DNA of 54,312 nt, counting the filler, from Hypanus sabinus (taxonomy: Eukaryota): the NCBI RefSeq assembly GCF_030144855.1. It is 4 parts of 4 records of this genome, joined end to end, with 100 filler letters (N's around TTAATTAATTAA, not from the genome) between each part and the next. Parts side by side here need not be neighbours in the genome. Positions count along the whole stretch, not along the records: positions 16,309 to 41,236 come from NW_026780939.1; positions 41,337 to 54,312 come from NW_026781544.1; 2 more parts are not named here. One strand, 5' to 3'. Every line of letters begins with the position of its first letter. Position 1 is the first letter of the stretch. A model generated the notes under the pieces. The model worked only from the letters and a program-made list of their open reading frames with translations, did no database searches and had not been told where the DNA came from. Shown here piece after piece: positions 36,008 to 48,284 of the stretch. A program made the position numbers and the translations under genes.

Positions 36008-36821
36008 ATGTTTGTGTTACTCGGACTTATGATCTGGACCCACGGTAAGCAATTTCCTGCCCCTACAAACTCGATAAACACTTTTGTTCTCATTTTCCCC
36101 TTTCCTTCTTAATTTGCTGATCCACTTCTCGACCCTCTGTGTTCATCTTCTAATTTCTTTCTAAATTAATTATCCTCCTTTTACAATCCGTCCATCTTTC
36201 TCCTGCTACAGACTGCGTGCCTGCGGTTCACTCTTCCTGCCCAAATCTCGTTCTCTTCCTCACTTCCTCCTTGCAGTCTTTGCACCTATATTTTCGTTCA
36301 CAGATGATTTTCCCTCTTTCTCAAAATTTCGTTTTAATTCCCTCTGCTTTTCTTTATTTCCCAGCTGCTTTTCCATTTCTTTCTAATGTTCCAGTTTTTA
36401 ATCATTTCCTTTCCTCTTACGTTTCCAGAGCCACACTGATCCCCTGCACAACCGACCTCCCCCACACCCCCAGATCTCCACCAGCATCATTAACCGTGCT
36501 CCACTCCCCGTCTCTTTCCTAGAGGTCAGCTCGCAAACGATCGCCCAGATACCGGCCGTGCTCTCCAGATCCCCCGGCGGGAACGTGACGATGACGTGCA
36601 CGGTGAAAGGCACGAGTGCTGACCCTCGCATGTACTGGTACAGACAGCTCCCGGGGAAAGAGCTGGATAACCTGTTTTAGTCCACTGCTCCCGGCGCTGT
36701 CAATTCCGACGAGCCCATGGACGGTTTCACAGCCAACAGACCTGACGGAAAGACCTTCACTCTGACGAACTCCAACCTAGAATTGAAGAACTCGGCCGTA
36801 CTCTTCTGCGCGTGGAGTCTA
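36008..36821 (+). pseudogene. TRBV: TCR V segment V6 (TRBV30-like): leader 36008-36044, V exon 36523-36821, single in-frame TAG
   Basis: Leader MFVLLGLMIWTH + G|gtaagc. V exon EVSSQTIAQIPAVLSRSPGGNVTMTCTVKGTSADPRMYWYRQLPGKELDNLF*STAPG...DGFTANRPDGKTFTLTNSNLELKNSAVLFCAWSL. Confidence 0.93.
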
Positions 36822-36860
36822 CACAGTGGCTCAGAGAGAGGGAGACTCCCAAAAAAAACC
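36822..36860 (+). other. 23-RSS of V6
   Basis: CACAGTG + 23 nt + AAAAAAACC. Confidence 0.93.
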
Positions 36861-37339
36861 TGTTGACAACGCCGGGGAGCGGCTGGTGGTGGAAGGCGGA
36901 ATTGCAGCTCGCTTCAGCGACAAAAGACAAAGACAATGTGGAGTTTAAAGTCACATGCATCAGTACTTACACTCAGTAGCCACACTAAGATGTTCACCTT
37001 TCCACCGGCACATCAAGACAGATATCTAATTAGCCAGATTAGAGTGCGAAGTCAAAAACCCATTTTATCGGACCTGCAGACCACTCAATGGCCTTAGCCT
37101 TTTAGAGCGGGGTAGAATCTGCCTTTGAGCCAGGTGGCATGGGGTATATGTTCACAGGTTCTTAATCAGTAAGGGCGTCAACGTTTACAGAGAGAAGACA
37201 GAAGGTGGGACCGGTAACAGAGAGACGGATTACACCTGAACTACAGAGGGATTAACATCCTTGCAGGGAGGTTTGATAGTGCTATGGGGGGGGGATTTAA
37301 ACTAGATTTACAGAGGGATGGGAACCCGAACAATGCATA

Positions 37340-37800
37340 GTCTGTTCACGTTCCAAAGTCTTCCAGTTTCCTCTTTCAAATCGGCATATATCTGCTGCTT
37401 TTCCATGTACTGAGTTCTGTATGTTTTGTGTGAGAAAAGGAAAACTTTTGTTGGAAGGCTGAAGAACAGCTGCCAATTAGATTTCAACAGTAACCAGAAA
37501 ACAAAAATAATTCCATGATCCGATATTAATAAACGCACGAAGAAAAATTAAAAACAAAAAAACAGGGACACTCAAGCTATCTCGGGTTAAAGTGAGCCTA
37601 GTACTGAAGGGGGCATTTAGAAATTGTACAACATACAGGTAAAACGGATGAGGTCATGCCTTTATTATCGAAAACAGGTTTCAACGTACGCACCACTGAA
37701 CATAAATAAGATCATTACACAGAGAAATGAAGATAAATTTAACCATTGAAAGTGTATGATGCTCCATTGAAAACATCCCTAGATTTTACCAGTGATATTG
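37340..37800 (-). repeat. Paralogous block, copy B (inverted relative to 130-600)
   Basis: Reverse complement aligns colinearly with 130-600, including the same junction into the R4-like fragment. Confidence 0.8.
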
Positions 37801-38059
37801 CTGATGATTATTAACCTTTGTATTATTATTTTATGGTATCCTTGTACCGAGAATTAAACAATTGCAATCTGCAACCACGGAGCACATGATCCCTATTTTG
37901 ACAACAGAAGGTGCTCTTCGAACATGAAACCGGTCGGTGAAAAACATTAAATATTACCTTTCAGTCAATAAAGCGATACAAAGCCAGTTTCCTTCCCTAC
38001 AAATCGATATGCACCACGCAAAACCGCTGTAGGAGTCACCATCCCAGGCAGAATCGATG

Positions 38060-38620
38060 CAATACTTCATCAGTACTGGAAAGAAAGAGAGAAGAAGGCA
38101 GAATAAGAAGCTTGGGGAAGGAAGTGACAACAAGCTCGAATTTGAATGGTGCGACTACGTGAGTGGAAGGGATGTGGGTGGGGGAAGCGGTGCAGTAGGA
38201 TGCTGGGAGGTGAAATGTGGAAAGGTTAATGGCCTGAAGGAATGACCTGATAGGAGAATGGAACATCATATAAACGGAAGGAGGATGAACACCAGAGGGA
38301 GGTGATGGGGAGGCAAGGGGAAGAGAACAGGTGTGACAAGTGCTATAAAGGGGTAATGAAAGAACCAAGAAGGGCAATGGGAGGAAGACAAGTACGGTAG
38401 GTTTAAGAAACCTCTCCTCGTACAGTCAGGTTAGATGCAAGTCAGGCGGAATATAGGGATTGTCCCCAAAACGGCTGAATGACCTTACATCGGCAAAAGA
38501 CCATACTATGGACTGACATTACGAAATGGGAAGAGGCATTGGATTTAATATTAGTGTTCCACGCTGTTGTGTTATACTTTGATGACGTGGTATCCCTTAA
38601 ACGCAAAATCAATTCCTGAC
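38060..38620 (-). mobile_element. Penelope-like element 3' region (GIY-YIG end and purine-rich UTR on +)
   Basis: caggcggaatata...gacattacgaaatggga resembles the reverse-complemented Penelope endonuclease end. Confidence 0.5.
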
Positions 38621-38871
38621 ACTGAATGCTCATGGCCGTTGGATACGGCACTCGTCCGATCCCTTTCAGCTGGGCGGGTGCAGACGATCGTGGCCGCAAA
38701 TGGTGAGGGAGAGGGGCTTAGGGCGTATATGGGAATCTTTAATTACGGCGAGCGATTGGAGACCCGGGGTCTGTAGTTCCTGGAGAGAAGGAGGATGAGG
38801 AATGACTTGAAGACGCGTTATAAAATCATGAGGGGCATAGAAAGTGTGATAAAGGCAGCATTTTTCAAAGG

Positions 38872-39405
38872 GCAATAGACAATAGACAATAGACAACAGA
38901 CAATAGGTGCGGGAGTAGGCCATTCGTCCTTTCGACCTAGCACCACCATTCACTGTGATCATGGCTGATCATTCACAATCAGTACCTCGTTCCTGTCTTC
39001 TCCCCATATCCCTTGACTCCGCCATATTTAAGAGCTCTATCTGACTCTTTCTTGAAAGCATCCAGAGAAGTGGCCTCCACTGCCTTCTAAGGCAGAGCAT
39101 TCTATAGATCCACAACTCTTTGGGTGAAAAAGTTTTTTCCTGAACTCCGTTCTGAAGGACCTACCCCTAATTCTTAAACGGTGGCCTCTGGTTCGGGACT
39201 CCCCCAACATCGGGAACATGTTTCCTGCAACAAGCTTGTCTAAGGGATATGATTCAATCAGATCCCCTCTCATCTTTCTAAATTCCAGTGTATACAAGCC
39301 CAGTCGCTCCAATCTTTCAACATATTACAGTCCCACCATTCCGGGAATTAATCTTATGAAGCAACTCTGAACTCCCTCAATAGCAAGAATGCCCTTCCTC
39401 AAATT
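38872..39405 (-). mobile_element. CR1 3' fragment with (CAATAGA)n tail
   Basis: MERLGLYTLEFRKMRGDLIE; heptamer tail at 38872-38905. Confidence 0.85.
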
Positions 39406-39876
39406 TGGAGACCAAAACCGATGAATCTAAAGGAAGTAGATCTGCTTTTAAAGTGAGAAGTGCAGGGATGTTTAAAGGGGCCTTTAAATTATTCTGCTTC
39501 GACAAAGATTGCCAGAATAATTGGGCACGGCATATTACAAGCGTCTTAAAGACATCCAGACCGGTCTGTGGAATGGAAAGTTTTCATCAGAAAAATGCGC
39601 GAATCACTGGGCAATGCGACAACCTTCGAAAGGAAATCTGATCAGCAGAGCAGAATGTGGCCGAAGATCTCTCTCTGCACTCTCTGATACACGACTCCGG
39701 GCAATTACCTTTTGTATCCAAAGTAGAAAATCGGTCCTCGATGACGTAAGCAGACGATCAATCGAAAATTGCCACGCACAGTCAGGTGTCATTTCCGGTG
39801 GTACATTCCACCGACAAGAGTCGAGGTGAGAAAGGGAAGCGGGCGCATTCGCTCCGAACAGCATTTCAGAAGGACA

Positions 39877-41190
39877 AAGCACTTTCCCCGCTGACGTGCC
39901 CCTCGCCTTTCTCACCTTGTCCCTGACTCTCCTGGACCATTGTGAGCTTTATTCTTCTTTATTCAGTCACATTCCCAGTTTATCAGCCGGCCAAACAATT
40001 CATTGATTCATGAATCCGTGTAGGGCCCCAACAGCCGTTCCTTCGACGATGATGCGCCGACTCTTTAACCCATCCCATGTTAAACCTTCTCTCTTACATG
40101 GACGCGCAGTCAAAATTTCCAACAACTAATCGGGCTCATTGAGCAGAGCGCTCCACAGATTTGCCAGTCTCTGGGATAAGCAGTTCCTCATCATTGGCGT
40201 CCTGAGTCCACTCACACGACCCAGACCTCGGATACCTTCAGGCTGAATTAAAGACGTCTGTCTCTTACACCACCCCACCCCCAGCCTCGACTTCTCCTCT
40301 CAGACTCCCGCCGGAATTTCCTATCCGGGAGTTGGGACAATCCCCGCCTCCGCTGCCATCCCAGACCAGGTCGTGAATACACAAGCGGGAACTCTGATGA
40401 GTGCTCTTTCTTTGTTTTCTTTTCTTCTTCTCTCTGTCTCCTCCTTCCTCTCTCTCCACCCCTCCCACTCACTCTCTCCTCTCTCCCTCTACTCCTTTCA
40501 CTCCCTCTCATCTCTTCCTCCCTCGCACTATTCGTCCCTCCTCTCCCTCCCCTATTGCTCCCTCCTCTCCCCCATCGTTCTTCCCCTCTCTGTCCCACCG
40601 TTCACCGCTCACCCACATCGCTCATCCTCTCTCTGCCGACCTCCGCTTCTCCCCATCGCTCTCCATCTCTCTCCCCATCACCTCTCTCTCCCACCTTTCA
40701 ACTCTCTCTCCCCCACCCTGTAACTTTCTACCCCATCTGAGGGTTGAGCTCAGTTAATGAGAGACAGGAACTCATGGCGGTTAACTGACCCGGCGAGCCC
40801 GCTCCGCGATTCAATATGATCATGTCTGATATGTCCATGGACTCATCTCCACCTGCGAGTCTTTTCTCCATAACCCTTAACTCCCCTACTATGAAACAAT
40901 CCATCTAACCTTGTCTTAAACATGTTTATTGAGGTAACCGCCACTACCTCACGGGGCAGAAAATTCGACAGCTGCACAAATCTCTGGGAAAAAGGTTCCT
41001 TGATATTGCCGCGTCACGGAAGACGGCGCCGTGAGTTTGGGAGTTGGAGTGCAAATATTAGGCTTCCTGGGAGGGGCGAAAACGGCGCTCCAAGAATGAT
41101 GACGGTGCACGGCGAGAGTGCATCTGCTGAGACATTTTGCACGGCACGCTTTCCAGTCGTTCGTTCGGCCTGACTTGGAGTACCGTATTC
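39877..41190 (+). pseudogene. V8 relic: dead leader 39877-39941, V exon pieces from about 40742 interrupted by a CR1 fragment
   Basis: Leader is a paralog of the 16468-16531 leader (K-H-F-P-fs-ADVPLAFLTLSLTLLDH + T|gtgagc; ATG changed to AAG). Pyrimidine-rich intron. After ctgag|: LSSVNERQELMAVN*PGE. After the CR1 piece: RLPGRG ... AETF ... RSA ... TGG AGT (WS). No RSS found. The leader is well supported; the exon pieces are weaker. Confidence 0.55.
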
Positions 41191-41336
41191 AATCTGTGTA
41201 GAAATTGGACAGGATAGAAGTGATTAGGCCGCAGCGNNNNNNNNNNNNNNNNNNNNNNNNNNNNNNNNNNNNNNNNNNNNTTAATTAATTAANNNNNNNN
41301 NNNNNNNNNNNNNNNNNNNNNNNNNNNNNNNNNNNN

Positions 41337-42660
41337 ACGCTACTGTTTGGGGGCCTGTACACAACACCCATTAGGGTCTTTTTACCCTTACTGTTCCTCA
41401 GCTCAATCCACACAGTCTCTACTTCCCCTGTTCCCAAGTCACCTCTTGCTAAGGACTGAATCTCACTCCTCACCAACAGGGCCACCCCACCCCCTCTTCC
41501 CATATTTCTGTCTCTACGATAGCACGTATACCCTGGTACACTCAATTCCCAGGCCTGATCCCCTTGCAGCCATGTCTCCGTTATCCCAACAATATCGTAG
41601 TTCCCCATTTTCATCTGAACTTCAAGCTCATGTCTTATTTCTGACACTACGCGCATTCAAGTATAGAATTCTTAGCCCATTCCTCCTCTCTTTGCTTAAA
41701 ACACTGTCTACTGTACCTAACCCAGCTCCTTGAACTTTCATCGGGCTAATTGCACCCTGAATTTTGATGACCTTCTCAAGATCACCCAAACCTTCTACAC
41801 ATTTAACCCCATGCTCCTTCTGACCAACCCTCTGGATCTGGATCACTGCCCCCTGCACATCTAGTTTAAACCCCCCCGAGCAGCACTGGCAAACACTCCT
41901 GCAAGAATGTTAGTACCCCTCCGGTTCAGATGTAGACCGTCCATTCGAAACAGATCCCAATGTCCCTGGAACAAAGACCAATTATCCAAAAACCTGAACC
42001 CTTCCTTCCTGCACCATGCTCTCAGCCTCGTATTAATGTGCATAATCATTCTATTCTTCGCCTCACTCGCACGTGGCACAGGTAGCAATCCCGAGATTGA
42101 TACCCTGGAGGTCCTGCCTTTCAGCTTCACTCCTAACTCCCTGAACTCTCTAAGCAGGACCCCCTCACTCACCTTACCTACATCGTTGGTCGCTACATGG
42201 ACCACTACATCTGGGTTCATGCCCTCGTTCTCAAGAATAGCCTGCACCCGATCTGAGTTGTCCCGGACCCTGGCACCAGGGAGGCAACATATCATCCGAG
42301 ACTCCCGGTCTGCCCCACAAAATCTCCTATCTGCCCCCCTAACTATAGAATCCCCTAAAACTATCGCTCTCTTCTCTTCCCTCCTCCCCTTTCTAGTTGA
42401 GGGTTCAACCTCTGTGCCAGAGACAGGACCACTACAACTCATTCCTGGTAGGTCATCCCCATCAACAGTATCCAGATAGATAGATAGACAGACATTCAAA
42501 TAGATAGATAGAGATAGATGGATAGATAGATAGATAGATAGATAGATAGTCAGACAGATAGAAAGATAGATAGGAAGATATATAAATACCTTCAAAGCCT
42601 CAACTATTAAACATAATGAGGCTACGTGGGGGTCATTAATGCCATGATTTACCACCGACA
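41337..42660 (-). mobile_element. CR1 LINE 5' part: ORF1 SGNH-esterase domain and start of the ORF2 APE endonuclease, with a (GATA)n tract at 42474-42580
   Basis: IVLGDSIVRG...VHVATND...MDGLHLN; YLNARSVRNK...GITETWL. Confidence 0.9.
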
Positions 42661-42664
42661 CATA

Positions 42665-43545
42665 TGGTGCAGATGAATCTGAGCCTGCAGGCGGTTATCG
42701 ATTGTTTAAACAAAAGTATTAGCGTCTGGCAGATGGAGAACAATGGTGCAAAAGGCAAGGTTGAGAAGGACAAATGGAAGAACAGAATATTATTTTCGTG
42801 GAAAACGATTGCAGTACGCTGTCATGTGGAGTTTCTTAACAGTGTTTGTTCTTCAATCGCAAAAGGTTGGTCTGCAGCAGCAGCAGACGAACAAGCAGGC
42901 AAATGGGATATTGGCCTTCATTGCTCACAGGGTTCAATTTAAGAGCAGGGAAGTTATGCTGCAACAGCACAAGGTACTGGTGAGGCGACAGCTGGGGTGC
43001 TGTGTGCATGTCTGGTCCTCCTGACTTGAGTAGGGATTTACCAGCGTTTAGTCGGTTCACCATTTTGATTCCAGACCGGAGGCATTGGGAGGAAAATTGG
43101 TAGCTGAGTCGCCTGCGACTACACACACTGTATTTCAGAAGGATCAGAGACGACCTTTTAGCGGCATTTAAAATTACGAAAGGGGTAGATAAGACAGGGG
43201 CAGGAAAGTTTTTTTCCACTGGTAAGTGACTTTAGACCGGGGGAACATAGGCTGAAGATTCTGGGGAGCGAATTTAGGACGGAGAGGGACTGCTTTTCCC
43301 AGAAGTTGTTGAACCTGTGGATTTTTCTGCCCAATGAAGCACTGAACGTCATTTCAGTAAATATGTTTCAGAAAAATTTGGATTGATTTTTCCGTAGTAG
43401 GGGTATTAAGGGTTCTTTGGGGGGAAAACAGGTAGATGGAAATGAGTCCATAGTCAGATCAGCAATGATCATCCTCAATGGCGGAGATTGCCAGTCCGAA
43501 CAGGTGGATTATACCGGCACCTATTTGGTCAAATCTTCTGCTGTA
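42665..43545 (+). mobile_element. CR1 LINE 3' RT fragment
   Basis: KQANGILAFIAHRVQFKSREVMLQ and CR1 3' UTR. Confidence 0.8.
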
Positions 43546-43794
43546 ATGCTCTCTCGTGTTTACAGTTGAGCGAAGCAGAATTTCTGTCACCGTGATACTT
43601 GGTACATGAATCAGTTCATTATCACGTCCTGTTTCAAATCGTTCTTCTGACGCCAAAGTTTCGAATACATTCTGCCATCGGTGGATATCACTGCTTAGTC
43701 CATAGGGTTCGGGGACTGAATTCGCCCATTCGAGCAGAGAGCCTTCACCGCCATTCCCTCATAGCTGATTTACTTTCCCTGTCAAGCATATTCT

Positions 43795-43809
43795 GGCGCC
43801 CCCTCCCGA
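43795..43809 (-). promoter_or_regulatory. CTCF-like motif upstream of the GPCR exon
   Basis: Minus strand TCGGGAGGGGGCGCC. Confidence 0.4.
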
Positions 43810-44264
43810 TATCCACTGAGGCCCCGATGAATCAAGAGCTCTCGTCTGCAAATAGCTGAAATAAACTGACCCCCACAGCCATCTGTGGCGAGAAATTCCA
43901 CATAATTACCAGCCACGTTCAAAGGAAATTTCTACACTCAACTGTTAAAAAGTGATGTCTTTGTATTGTAAAGCCTCGTCTTCTAGTTGTAGATTCCACC
44001 ACTACAGAAGCTCCAGGTCCACGAAATCCCGGCACAATATTCAATATTCCATGGTTTTCAATGAGATTCCCCTCATTCTTCTGAACTTCAACAGGTACAT
44101 TATAATCACAACCGATTTAATACTAGCTGACGGTAACTTCCTGAGAAGATACGTAATTTCCATTTCCATCTCTGCTCTCGGAAGTACTCACGAATGAAAT
44201 ATTTGTTTTCAGAGTATGTTTCCATGCAAATATGTGTTCATGGTCTTCATCTACCTCCACACAG

Positions 44265-45172
44265 TCAACGTGGTGACAATCGTCATCCTGTCGCGGGGCA
44301 AGTGCGGCCTCTCCAAAGGCGTCACAAGGTACCTGGTTGCCATGGTGGCAGCGGATCAGCTGGTCGTTCTCTTCGATCTAGTATTGAGCAAAATTCCGGG
44401 GATTTTCATGCCACTTCAGGTTATACGCTGGACAGCAGGTACTCCCGTGTGTAACATCCACGCCGTCATGTTCTACGCCGCCACGGACTGTTCTGTCTGG
44501 TTCACCGTCACTTTCACTTTTGATCGATTTATCGCCATTTGTTTTCAGAAGCTGAAGCGAAAATACTGCACCGGGAGAGGGGCGGCTCTGGTTCTGGGGA
44601 CAGTGACCGTGCTGAGCTGCGTAAAGAACATATTCTGGTACTTTTTATTTCAAGGGTCATATTCGTTATTACGTACGTCATTGCTCTGTAATGTCAGGTT
44701 ATCTTCCCTAAATCAGCAGGCAATATTTCAAGTGATTCATTTCCTCCTCACCCCAATATTACCCTTGGTCCTGATTCTGCTGCTCAACAGTTTAACCATC
44801 AGACACGTCTTCGTGGCCAGCCGAGCCCGGGGGAGACTCCGTGGTTCTCGCGATGGCGAGAAGGCCACCGACCAAAAGATGAAGAACCGCAGGCAATCCC
44901 TCCTGTTACTGCTGGTGATGTCGGGGAATTTCATCCTGCTGTGGGCGCTGCTGACAGTCTATTCGGTATGGGAGAGGCTCGGTATTTACGTTTTCACGAA
45001 TCCCCGGATTTCTCTGCGGGAGCTGGGCTACATGCTGCAACAGCTGAGCTGCTGCACCAACACGGCCCTTTACGCCGTGGTCCAGGCCAGGTTCAGGGTT
45101 CAGCTGAAGGAGACGTTGAAAAGTCCCTTCCGTCTAATGACCAAGTTCACGGCGTTGTCAGGAGAGCATTAA
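44265..45172 (+). CDS. GPR139-like: Class A orphan GPCR, GPR139/GPR142-like; main coding exon (short first exon not located; an in-frame ATG at 44216 gives a 318-aa ORF)
   Basis: Acceptor ctacctccacacag|TC AAC. Sequence VNVVTIVILSRGKCGLSKGVTRYLVAMVAAD, DCSVWFTVTFTFDRFIAIC (DRY-like), KMKNRRQSLLLL, SCCTNTALY (NPxxY-like). Hydrophobic segments match TM1(end)-TM7; no stops or frameshifts. Confidence 0.88.
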
Positions 45173-47678
45173 TACTCAGTGACCTTTCTCCCAAGAGTCT
45201 GCCTCCACTACTCTCTGTTCCACCAAGTGGGTTATCCAAAACTTATTTGCCTTCGAAGCCTTGACATCACCATTGCCATATGATCATTGTGCCCTACCGG
45301 TATACCGTGTCGCCCGAATCCCTCCTCAGGTCCGCCCGATGTAGCTCCATCTGTTTCCTCTGGCGAGGGCTTTTCTTTCCAAGAGCCGCTGCCTTTGAAT
45401 CTTTCCGGGAAACTGGTTACCGTGGACAGACTCAAGTCTCCTCTTGCAAAGGAGTTCTTTGTAGTTCTGTCTGCCACCTCGAGAATAATTTAATAACTCG
45501 GATTGGAAAAACGCCTCTTCCAATCGTCCGTCCCCAGCAGCAGTCCCCATCGCAAAACGTCTGGGAAATTAAAGAAATTCTTAGACACTTTGTGTAGTGG
45601 TGGTGCTATCTGTCGGATTGGATTGGATACATTCGGTATGGAGGGAAGGTGATTGCAGAGGAAAAGGCACATGAAGTCTACTTGTTTATTTATTCCCTCG
45701 TAGCTTGGCCTCTCTCCTTCTCACAGTTCATTATCACTCATTCTACTCATTTTCCCACGCAGTCTGTAAAGCGTGACCGCCTGGATGTCATCGGCTTTCT
45801 CCTGATTCCTCCCACACGCCAAACATCTATGCGTTGATAGGTTAATTGGCCATTGTAAATTGTCCCATTAGTAGGGTCGCTCGGTTCGTGAATCATGGCC
45901 GCAGACAAGGCCCAGCCTTTGGGATTAGACTGGAAGTAAGACTTTTGAGAAGGACTGGTTCCGGTAGGCTGAGACCTGGGACCGAGATGCATTGGATAGC
46001 ATGGCCTTAAATGGAGTACAGATGACAATGATGCAGGGCAGCCATTTTGCAAGTGACAATTGTGGGAAATATTCTGGCGTTTGATTGGATGAAAATAGGA
46101 GTGACTCATCAATACTCTTGCAGTCGACACAGACGTGATGGAGTTGTCGAGGTTGAGGGATCATGGCAAAAGTCCAGTTGGAAATCTGGCCAGAGAAGTG
46201 CCAAATTTTTTAACTAATACGACAGGTCTGTCTAGAAGGATAGAGAAATACGAGAATAGGAAATGTTTTAGGAATATGGAGAAAATGGAAAAAAAAAGAC
46301 GTTTCTGCTGAGGTACCGGAAGAATGTTCAGCTTGGTCGTGTTACCTACATGCAACACTGGGCAAAGAACCTCTTACGTGCGCGCAACACTGTAAAAGTT
46401 TCAGCAGCAATAAAACACACCTTCAGTCTGGTTTCGCTGTTAACTATCAATAGCTTATTTGTAATTCCGTAATATAGTAACTTAAACCGGGGAAATCCAT
46501 GTGTTAGCAGTATTATGCAGATATAGGTGTGTAAAAAAATAAGTTTCCAAATTTAGTCAAGCTCAGGTGCAAGAATTAAGTCTTACGATCTTACCGTCTT
46601 AAGGATTACAGTCTTAAGAAATTTCTGTTCAGTTCAAATGCATAGAATTTGGTGAGAGAGATATAATTGTAATCCAAACAAACAGGTGTCGTCGATCTTC
46701 TCGTTCTCCTCTGAATCCTCACACGAAACCTCACTTACAGTAGCTTATCACTAGAGGGCCCATCTTCAAGGGAACCACCAGCCACGCAAGGGCCGACACA
46801 CTGGTGGATTCCACAAGGTTACCACAGTCGTACACAACGTGATAGCCACTTCTCCAGCTCCACGACCTACGAATTAACTCCAACGGTGATTTGCCACAGG
46901 GGTGCCTTTCATCAGTGAACTACCACGCCCAGGCAAAGGGTAAACACACATGTGGTATCCACAAAGGTTTTTCCCTCAGTAGAGAATCCACTCCTACGGA
47001 TGAGCTCTGTTGCAAACACATTTTCGTTTCCGAATGGGAACAAACTCACACTCACGGGATACGTGGAGTTAAAGTCAAAACTGTGATCTCTTTATAACTA
47101 GGATTCTTCTGTTTCACGCCTCCCGCTTGTCTCCCCTCTGCAAAATTATTCTAGTTCCAGCAACTTGTGAGAGTCATTTATGAGAACTCTGGTTCGATCT
47201 TAACTCACACTTTTGGGGTGCTGGAAATTCAAATGCGACCGACTCACTGGTGTCGTCCATTGACAATCTTAACTCTGATTGTGTGTCTCTGTGTCCTTGT
47301 ACATTCAAAACAAGCGGCAGAATAAATTGTATATATTCATTGTCCCTCAAATAACGCCACATCTCTCATCACAGCAAATCCAGCAGTATCTAAAAGCCAG
47401 TCTCATTCTCTCGGCCTTTTTGAAGTGGCAGTCAACAGAAAGAATGAACCCTCGGGGTATATAACAGTCCAAACAACTGTTTATGAACAGATAATTCAGT
47501 AACTCTGCTGTTTGATTCACTCATCTGCAAAATACAAACCTATATTTCTATGCCGCCAACAGATGACAGACTGTGATGCAGAGATTTTATGTTGGAACCC
47601 AGGAATCGCATTTTAATCACAACGCATAAGGGACAGACCATAGTCAATGTCCGACAGTGAGCCAATCGGGGGTTTGTG

Positions 47679-47716
<38 letters not shown>

Positions 47717-48284
47717 CTCGGATATCTCCAAGTAGACTGATTAATAAACCTGTAGATGACACAAAAAGAAAAACATTTATTTACAAACATACACAAAGTG
47801 CCGGGCAATATCCATGCGGTAGCGTCCAATGCACTGCAAAGGGCAAGACGTTTACACAGAGAGTATTTGGTACATGGACACGGGCCTGTGTAGAAAAGTT
47901 TTAGAGGGAAGTTTCACTGAGTTTCCGACTCCGGGAGTGTATGATGGACGCGTGTGGGTGGAGATTCAGATTGTGTCCGAACCCGGGAGTGTGTGCAGGA
48001 ACGGTGTTACTCGACAGTGACTACATGAATAGAGTAAGGTGGCGGATAAATGCGTCGCGGAGTGATTGGAGCAGGGGGCAATGAAACAGATTTTCGGATC
48101 ATTGAGACGGATTTCAGGGCTGGCGTGACTGTACAGTTAGTATGGATTGCTTTTGAATCTGAGGGGCACCAATATCCTGGCAGGGAGTTTTGCAAAGGCT
48201 AATGGGGTGAGTTTCAACTAGAGTTTCTGGGTGGTTGTAGCCGAACTGAAGAGACGGGGGAAGGCCGTGGGGGGGAGGTTCATA

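Noticed and set aside
40248-40757. Several low-complexity ORFs (S/P/L-rich or R/G/E-rich)
   Set aside because: Translations of the C/T-rich V8 intron.
41120-41185. FPVVRSA*LGVP as possible exon 1 of the GPCR
   Set aside because: Contains a stop, lacks a donor, lies across an artificial join, and fits the V8 FR3 remnant better.
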